A stretch of DNA of 20,537 nucleotides from an uncultured archaeon. GTDB taxonomy: Archaea > Altiarchaeota > Altiarchaeia > IMC4 > SCGC-AAA252-I15. Positions 1-9,000 of this stretch are shown here, piece after piece. Within the stretch, counting starts at the first letter, position 1. Every line of letters starts with the position of its first letter. A model generated the notes under the pieces. It saw only the letters and a program-made list of their open reading frames with translations. It was not told where the DNA came from and did no database searches. Both the position numbers and the translations under genes were made by a program. Where the stretch lies: NCBI GenBank assembly GCA_964587725.1, contig CAZPLO010000006.1:1-20537 (forward strand), in the 5' to 3' direction.

Positions 1-1
1 A

Positions 2-3000
2 GCCACATACAACTGGAACATCACATGCTGGGACAACCAAGACAACACCAACACCAGCGAAGCGTGGAACTTCACAGTAGAGGCAATACCGCAGGTAGGG
101 TTGTATACAGTATACCCCACAGGAGACATAAACGCAACACAATATGAGTTCTTCAACGTCACATTGAACGTGTCATGTATACAGGGCAGCTGCGGCACAG
201 TCAACGTCAGCCTAGATCCCAGCGGAACATGGTGCTACCAGGAAACAGCAAACGAGTCGGACGATGATGACGGAAGTTGCAACTTGGATTACGGAGGGGA
301 ATATTCTTTCACAGCACCGGGATGGACTGCAGATGATTGGCCGACTGCAATGTATGATGGGAACTGGACCAGTAGAACATCTGCGGACGATGGTGGCATG
401 TACGTAAATTATTCAAAACCCTCGTCAGCGACGAATGAAAGCCTTTGGACGGTCGTGAACGGAGACGGCATGTGTATGGACGTGATTGCTCAGAATCTAT
501 CTATCACAGATTCTTGTTGGTTACAGGAACCTTTACAGTTGAGGGTTTGGATGTACGGAGGGGCTGGAACTGATTATTACTGCAAAAACGAATCTGACTG
601 GTACCTTTTAGGCAATTCAACAGTTACTGGAAATTGCGCATATTATTTCCACGAAGAGGCGATGTGGTGGTACGTCGAATCGTCAGAAAAAGGATTGGTA
701 AACACCTCGGAGGGGGCGACGCCTTTCTACACCAACGCCAGCAGCAACCCCCTGACCACAACATCCCTGAGCGCCGGGGGGAGCAAACTAATCACCTTCT
801 GGGTGAACGCCACAGGCGAAGAAGACACAACGCATGAGTTCTACGCCTACACCAACCTCACATCCGATTTGACAATAGGCAATGAAACAACACACTGGAA
901 CGTAACAATACAGTCACCAGATACCCAAAACCCCTGGGGCAGCCACATCAGCCCGGCAACCGCCACCACAACATCAGCAACCGAGATAACCTTCATAGCT
1001 AACGCATCAGACGACTTAAACCTACAGAATATGACGTTGTATGTCTGGAACAGTTCGGTAGAAGTGTACCACACCAACTCGACAGACGTGAGCGGAACCT
1101 ACAATGAAACAAACTGGACCACCACCTTAACAAGCGACACATACAACTGGACAGTACTGGTATTCGATGCAGCAGGGAAAACAAACTGGACTGACGAAAC
1201 AAACTGGACTTTAACAGTAGATTCAACAGAACCATCAATAATTTTAAATTCACCCAATCCAGGGTCGAGCACAACAGCCACCACCGTACTGTTCAACTGG
1301 ACAGCCACAGACAACATCGCATCCACATTGACATGCAACCTGAGCATAAACGACACCATAAACAAATCTGATATTGCTGCGACCTCCGGACTGGCCGCAA
1401 CAACCGAAGTAACAGACTTCGAAATAGGCTTTTACAACTGGAACGTCACATGCTGGGACAACCAAAACAACACCAACACCAGCGAAGCGTGGAACTTCAG
1501 CATTGTAAGCGGAGACACACAGAACCCCTGGGGCAGCCATCTGAACCCGTTATCCGGCACCACCACAGCCGACACCACCATACTATTCCAAGTCAATGCA
1601 TCAGATGACTCGAACCTCCAGAACATCACAATATACGTGTGGAATTCAACAGGCGAAGTATACTACACCAACACCACCAACATCAGCGGAACCAGCAACC
1701 AAACCAACTTCACACACACCTTCACACAGGACGGAACATACAACTGGACCGCGTTAATCTACGACGACACCGGCAAAACAAACTGGACAGACGAAACAAA
1801 CTGGACTCTGACCGTGGAGACTGGGTCGAACCTGACATTCTGCAGGGAACTGGACATCCCTGACTCCGTTTACTACCTTCTCAACAACGTATCCTCCTCA
1901 GGAACCTGCTTCACCATTAAAGCCAATAACGTCACTTTAGATTGTCTGGGCCACTGGATAAACTACTCTTCAGCGGGGGTGGCTGGCTATGGAGTCAGTG
2001 TAACCAGCTATAACTCGAGTTCCATAAGGGACTGCAGGATTGTGGAGGGATCGAGCACTCCGGCCAACAAGCATGCCGTCTACTTTGACGGCGCGAAAGA
2101 AGGCGTCGTATTCAATAACAGCATCATCACATCAGGTGAATCGTACGGCATATACTCGACCTCCACCTCAAAGCTGAACATAACCAAAAACACAATCGCT
2201 ACTTCGAGTTTAGGTAATAGTGCATTTGGGATCTATTACTACGGCTCCACCAACTCCACCATAGCAGAGAACATTGTCTCGACACTTGTCGGCAACCCCA
2301 TAATGCTGCGTTCAAGTTCGAATTTCAACGTATTGTCCAACAACACTTTCACATCCTCTGGCAATGCCTCAGGGAATAAGCAGCACGGCATCAGGATATT
2401 CTCCACATCAAACCTCAACTACCTGGCCAATAATTTCGTCAACGTAACCAATGCTTCCGGAATCACGCTGGAGGACAACTCCGACGGAAATACCTTAACC
2501 AACAATACAATCTACGTTTCGGGCAGCTCCGGTGTTAGTATGGATGGTATTTCATTATATGTGAACACCGACTCCAGCACTGTAAGCGTGAACACAATTA
2601 CAATCACTAATGGGAGGGGAATCAGGCTCTACTCAAACTGCAACTCCAACAACCTGACGAATAACGTAATCAGGGCATCCGGGAGCCCCAGTCAAGGCAT
2701 CTACCTGTCGTCGAACACCGGCTCTAACATATTCTCTGGCATGGACGTAGACACAAACGGCACTGGAAACCCCGTCTACCTCTATGACGCAACCCATAAT
2801 CTCACAATCAAAGACAGCATATTAAACCACTCCAGGAGCGGAGAATTCTATGTTGGAAGCAGCGTTGAAGGAGGGGAGTGGAATCTAACGAACGTAACAC
2901 AGGCGGACGGCAGCGGAATAGACGTGAACTGGACGGCCAGTGGAAACGGAACATTAAACATGATGTGGTACCTGGACGTCCACGTGAATGATTCGTCAGG

Positions 3001-6000
3001 AAGCGACCTCGAAGACGCGAATGTTACGGTATGGAACAGCAGCGGCACCAAAATGCTGTCAGAACAGACAACTGGAGACGGCCGCATTACTACTCAGCAG
3101 GTGATAGAGTACATAAACAATGACGGCAGCAGGACATACCACACCCCACTAACCTTGAACGTCAGCAAAACAGGCTACCAGACATACAGCAACGACACCG
3201 TAAACCTAACCGCAAATCTGTTCTTCAACATAATACTAGAGGAAGAAATACCAGACACCCAGAACCCCTGGGGCAGCCACATCAGCCCGGCAACCGCCAC
3301 CACAACATCAGCAACCGAGATAACCTTCATAGCTAACGCATCAGACGACTTAAACCTACAGAATATGACGTTGTATGTCTGGAACAGTTCGGTAGAAGTG
3401 TACCACACCAACAGCACAGACGTAAGCAGCACCTACAATGAAACAAACTGGACAACAATCCTGACAGATGGGGTATACAACTGGACAGTACTGGTATTCG
3501 ATGCAGCAGGCAAAACAAACTGGACAGACGAAACAAACTGGACTTTAACAGTAGATTCAACAGAACCATCAATAATTTTGAACAGCCCACTACCAGGCAG
3601 CAGCACAACAGCCACCACCGTACTATTCAACTGGACAGCCACAGACAACATCGCATCCACATTGACATGCAACCTGAGCATAAACGGAACCATAAACAAA
3701 ACAGATATTCCAGCGACTTCAGGGCTCGCAGCCACCACGGAAGCAGACCTCACAGTAGCCACATACAACTGGAACATCACATGCTGGGACAACCTAGACA
3801 ATGTAAACACCTCGGAGGCGTGGAACTTCACAATTGCTTTGGGGACTGAGGGCATATGTGATCTTGGCACCTACACCACCACCTGTTACTTGAACCACAC
3901 CCACAACTACACCGACGGAGACATACTCTCGATGAACAACCTCATAATACAGGAGGCTGGGGCGATAGTCAACGACACCATAGCGTTAAACGACCATGGA
4001 GTGGGTGTTTGGCTGAACCTCAGCGGAGACCTCACCATGTGGTCTGGGGCACGAATATCCGGCGGGAACATCACCGTGACCGCGGATGGGGTGAACATCA
4101 GCTCCGGAGCATCTGTGAACGCGAGCAGACTCGGCTACAACAGCAGCATGGGGGTAGGGCAGGGGATGGACGGTTCAGTCGACAATGGAGGAGGGGGTGC
4201 AGGCTATGGTGGAGGAGGGGGTGAAGGTGAAAGCGGCAGATCCGGTGGAGACGCATACGGCAGCTACCTGCAGCCGATCGACTACGGCAGCGGCGGCGGG
4301 AACGGAGTGTATGGTAAAATCGGCGGTACCGGCGGAGGAGTCGTCAGACTCAACGCATCCACTTTGACGGTTAACGGCGTATTATCGGCTGATGGAGAAC
4401 ACAGCACCGCAGGCGACCGCGGAGCCGGGGGAGGAGGCAGCGGCGGAAGCATCTGGCTATCCGCCACCACATTCGCGGGCTCAGGCACTGTAACAGCGGA
4501 CGGCGGAAACGGAGGGGACGGGACCAACGCCGACGGAGGAGGTGGTGCGGGCGGACGCATAGCATTGTATGCTGGAACATATGATTACGGTGGAACAATA
4601 ACCGCCTACGGCGGGTCAGGGCCGGGAGGTGGTGAGAGAGCAGCAGCCGGGACAGTGTATGTGAAACTCGACGGTGAAGACTACGGAGACCTCACAGTAG
4701 ACAACAACGGCGTTGAAGCCAACGACTACAACATCAAGGGGACGAGGTTGCACAGTGGAGTGCACACATTCAGGAACATAACCGTAACCAACAAAGGCAA
4801 CCTCGAAATACACAACACCAGCGTAGAACTAAACCTAACCGGAACCAACGTCATAGGAGACGCAGACACAGACTCACGAATAACCATAACAGGAAACGCC
4901 ACCATCACACCAGACTACACCATACAAGGATGGACACTAGCAATAAACAACGGAAGCAACATACACAACCTACAAAACCTAACCGTAGCAGCGGATGGGA
5001 TTCTAAGCCATGGAATGAACGAGGACACGTTCTCCAACTACATTGACATTAACCTGAGCGAACTTAGGGTGCTGTCTGGTGGAATAGTAAACGTCTCCGG
5101 CATGGGCTATGCACGTTCATACGGCCTGGGAGACGGCACGGACGGAGGATACAAAATAGGTAGTGGAGGGTCGGGCCACGGAGGATTCGGCGGTGACGGA
5201 GAAGGCAGTAGCGGTGGCAGAAGCGGTGGGGGAACGTATGGAAACTACCTGAGGCCATCTGACTTGGGCAGCGGCGGAGGCAGTGGAGATGAAACCTACG
5301 GTTACGGGGGGCCAGGAGGCGGCCTGGCTAAGATAAACGCGTCGGTCATACTGGTTGAAGGAACTATCTGCGCGGACGGTTTCACAGGTTACGGTGGAGG
5401 CGGCAACTACGTCGGAGGCGGCGGATCCGGCGGAAGCATATGGTTGACCGCCGACAACATCACATGCTCAGGCACCATAAAAGCAGATGGCGGAAACGGA
5501 GAGGGTGGGAGCGGAGCCGACGCCGGAGGCGGGTCAGGCGGACGCATAGCGTTGTACGCTGGAGACTACTCATTCAGTGGACAGGCAACAGCATACGGCG
5601 GCACAGCAGAGAAACCAGCCACCCACGGGGGCGCCGGAACAGTGTATGTGAAACTCGACGGTGAAGACTACGGAGACCTCACAGTAGACAACAACGGCGT
5701 TGAAGCCAACGACTACAACATCAAGGGGACGAGGTTGCACAGTGGAGTGCACACATTCAGGAACATAACCGTAACCAACAAAGGCAACCTCGAAATACAC
5801 AACACCAGCGTAGAACTAAACCTAACCGGAACCAACGTCATAGGAGACGCAGACACAGACTCACGAATAACCATAACAGGAAACGCCACCATCACACCAG
5901 ACTACACCATACAAGGATGGACACTAGCAATAAACAACGGAAGCAACATACACAACCTACAAAACCTAACCGTAAACACAGGCGGAACACTCACCCACAC

Positions 6001-9000
6001 ACCCAATCTAGCCTCACATACCGTGCATTTGGAACTGAACCTTACTGAACTGAGGGTAATGTCGGGTGGAACAGTAAACGTCTCCGGCATGGGCTATGGG
6101 AGAGGGGAGGGAGAGGGAGCAGGCACAGACGGAGGATACAGAATAGGTAGCGGGGGCGGAGCCTACGGCGGATACGGTGGCGACGGAGCGGGGGTTAGCG
6201 GAGGCAACGGCGGCGGAACACCCCATGGAAGATACCTTGAACCCGGCAGACTCGGGAGTGGAGGCGGAAGCGGAGACTCGGTGTACGGTTACGGAGGGTG
6301 CGGAGGCGGCCTAGCTAAGATTAACGCATCGGTCATACTGGTTGAGGGTTCGGTCACCGCCGACGGGTCCGTAGGGTACGGGGGCGGAGGCAGTTACACC
6401 GGAGGCGGAGGCAGCGGAGGGAGCATCTGGCTGACGGCAGACAACATCACCGCCTCAGGGCAGATAACCGCGGACGGAGGGAGTGGGGAAGCGGGAACGT
6501 CGTGTGACAGCGGAGGCGGGGGAGGAGGACGCATAGTATTGAAGGCAGTGGATTTGAGACTAGAGGATGGCATTTCCTCGGTTAGGGGAACGGCGTCTGA
6601 CTCAGCCACTCCAGGAACGAACGGCACTGTGGTGTTGGAGTTCACGGATTCCATAGATGTTAGCGCAGCCACCTTCGGTTCGCCGGTTATGCTGGCCCGC
6701 AACAACACCTACGGCCGCATCGTATACACGAACACGAACCAGACCGTAGACAACACCATAGCATTCCAAACAGCCATGAACGTGACATATAATCTGGTGT
6801 CGGTTGACAGCGAAACCCACGAAGACCTGAACACCACCGCACAGATTTGGTTTTACGGGATAGCCGGACTAACTAACCCGAAAATCCACCGGAACGGAGA
6901 AGAATGCTCCGGAATCATCTGCGCCTGGAACGACAACACCGGTCCAGACTACAGCTTCAACGTAACCCAGTTCACAAACTACACCATCACAGGCGACGGC
7001 GACTACCTCTACGGCAACCACATCAACCCCCCACTAGGAACAAGCACATCAGCGACAACCATAACATTCACAGCCAACGCCACAGACAACACCAACCTAC
7101 AAAACATGACATTGTACGTGTGGAACAGCACAGGCGAAGTATACCACACCAATTCAACAAATACCGCCAACACATTCAATGAAACAAACTGGACCACCAC
7201 ACTAACCAGCGGAACATACAACTGGAGCGTACTAATCTACGACACAACCGGGAAAAGCAACTGGACAGACGAAACAAACTGGACACTAACCATAGACAAC
7301 ATAAAACCACTGATAGAACTGAACAACCCAGCACCCGGCAACACCACAACCGCCACCACCGTACTATTCAACTGGACACCCACAGACAACCTGGCGTCGA
7401 TGCTGACATGCAACCTGTCAATAAACGGCACCACCAACAAAACAGACATAAGTGTGACCAGCGGACTGGCAGCCACAACCGAAGTAACAGACTTCATAGT
7501 CGGCACATACAACTGGAACATCACCTGCTGGGACAACACAAACAACACCAACACCAGCGAAGCATGGAACTTCAGCATTGTAAGCGGAGACACACAGAAC
7601 CCCTGGGGAAGCCACCTCAACCCGGGATTAGGAACAACCACCAGTGCGACTGACATAACATTCATCGCGAACGCGTCAGACGACACCAACCTCCAGAACA
7701 TGACGTTGTACGTCTGGAACTCAACAGGACAAGTATATCACACCAACAGCACAGAAGTCAGCGGCACATACAACGAAACAAACTGGACAGCCACACTAGC
7801 CTCAGGCACATACTACTGGTCGGCATTAATCTACGACACGGCGGGGAAGAGCAACTGGACGGACCAGAGTAACTGGAGCCTGACTGTCGATTCGATAGAA
7901 CCAGTAGTAGAACTGAATTCACCCACACCAGGGTCTAACACAACATCCACGACGATACTGTTCAACTGGACCGCCACAGACAACATCGCTAGCAGTTTAA
8001 CGTGCAATCTGTCAATTAACGGAACAATAAACAAATCGGATATTGCTGCGACGTCCGGGCTGGCCGCCACCACTGAAGCAGACCTCATCATCGGCAGCTA
8101 CAGCTGGAACGTCACATGCTGGGACAACCAAGACAACACCAACACCTCGGAAGCGTGGAACTTCACCATAGGCAGTGGAGACATCCTCCATCCGTGGGGT
8201 AACCATATTACGCCAACCGCAGATAACGTCACTTCAGAGACGGACATAACCTTCACAGTGAATGCTTCGGACGATCTGGCTTTGGAGAACATTACATTGT
8301 ATGTGTGGAACAGCAGCGGGGAAGTATACTACAGCAGCACCAGCAACATAGCGGGAACAGGGAATGAGAGCAACTGGATCACCACGCTGGCTGAGGATGT
8401 GTACAACTGGAGCGCCATCATATACGATGCAGAAGGCAACAGCAACTGGACTGATGAATCCAACTGGACTCTGATGGTGGACGCCACCGGTCCGCTGGTG
8501 GAGTTGAACGAACCCTATCCAGCCAACACAACGTCGGAGACGACAATACTGTTCAACTGGACCGCCACGGACAACATCGCGTCGACATTGACGTGCAACC
8601 TTTCAATAGACGGCGCAGTCAACAAGTCGGACGTCACAGCCACATCCGGTTTGGCAGCAACGACGGAGGCGGGTGTGTTCACATCCGGCACATACTATTG
8701 GAACGTGTCCTGCTGGGACAGCGCAGACAACGTGAACTGGTCTGAGACTTGGGATTTCACGGTGTCGGTGACAGGCCCGACGGTAACGTTGGAGGAGCCG
8801 GTGGACGGACACAACACCACCACACAGACCATACAGTTCAACTGCAGCGCCACAGACGACACCGGCCTCGTGAACATCACACTCTACGGAAACTGGAGCA
8901 GCTGGCACGCGAATGAAACCACAGACATTTCAGGCACGGAGAACAGCAGCGTGTGGGGTAAGACCGTGGACGACGGAATCCACATGTGGAGTTGCCTCGG

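Noticed and set aside
101-103. TTG start of the 3914-aa ORF in the track
   Set aside because: The frame is open from base 2 and encodes the end of a B-type repeat. No signal peptide follows 101, so the gene starts upstream of the window.
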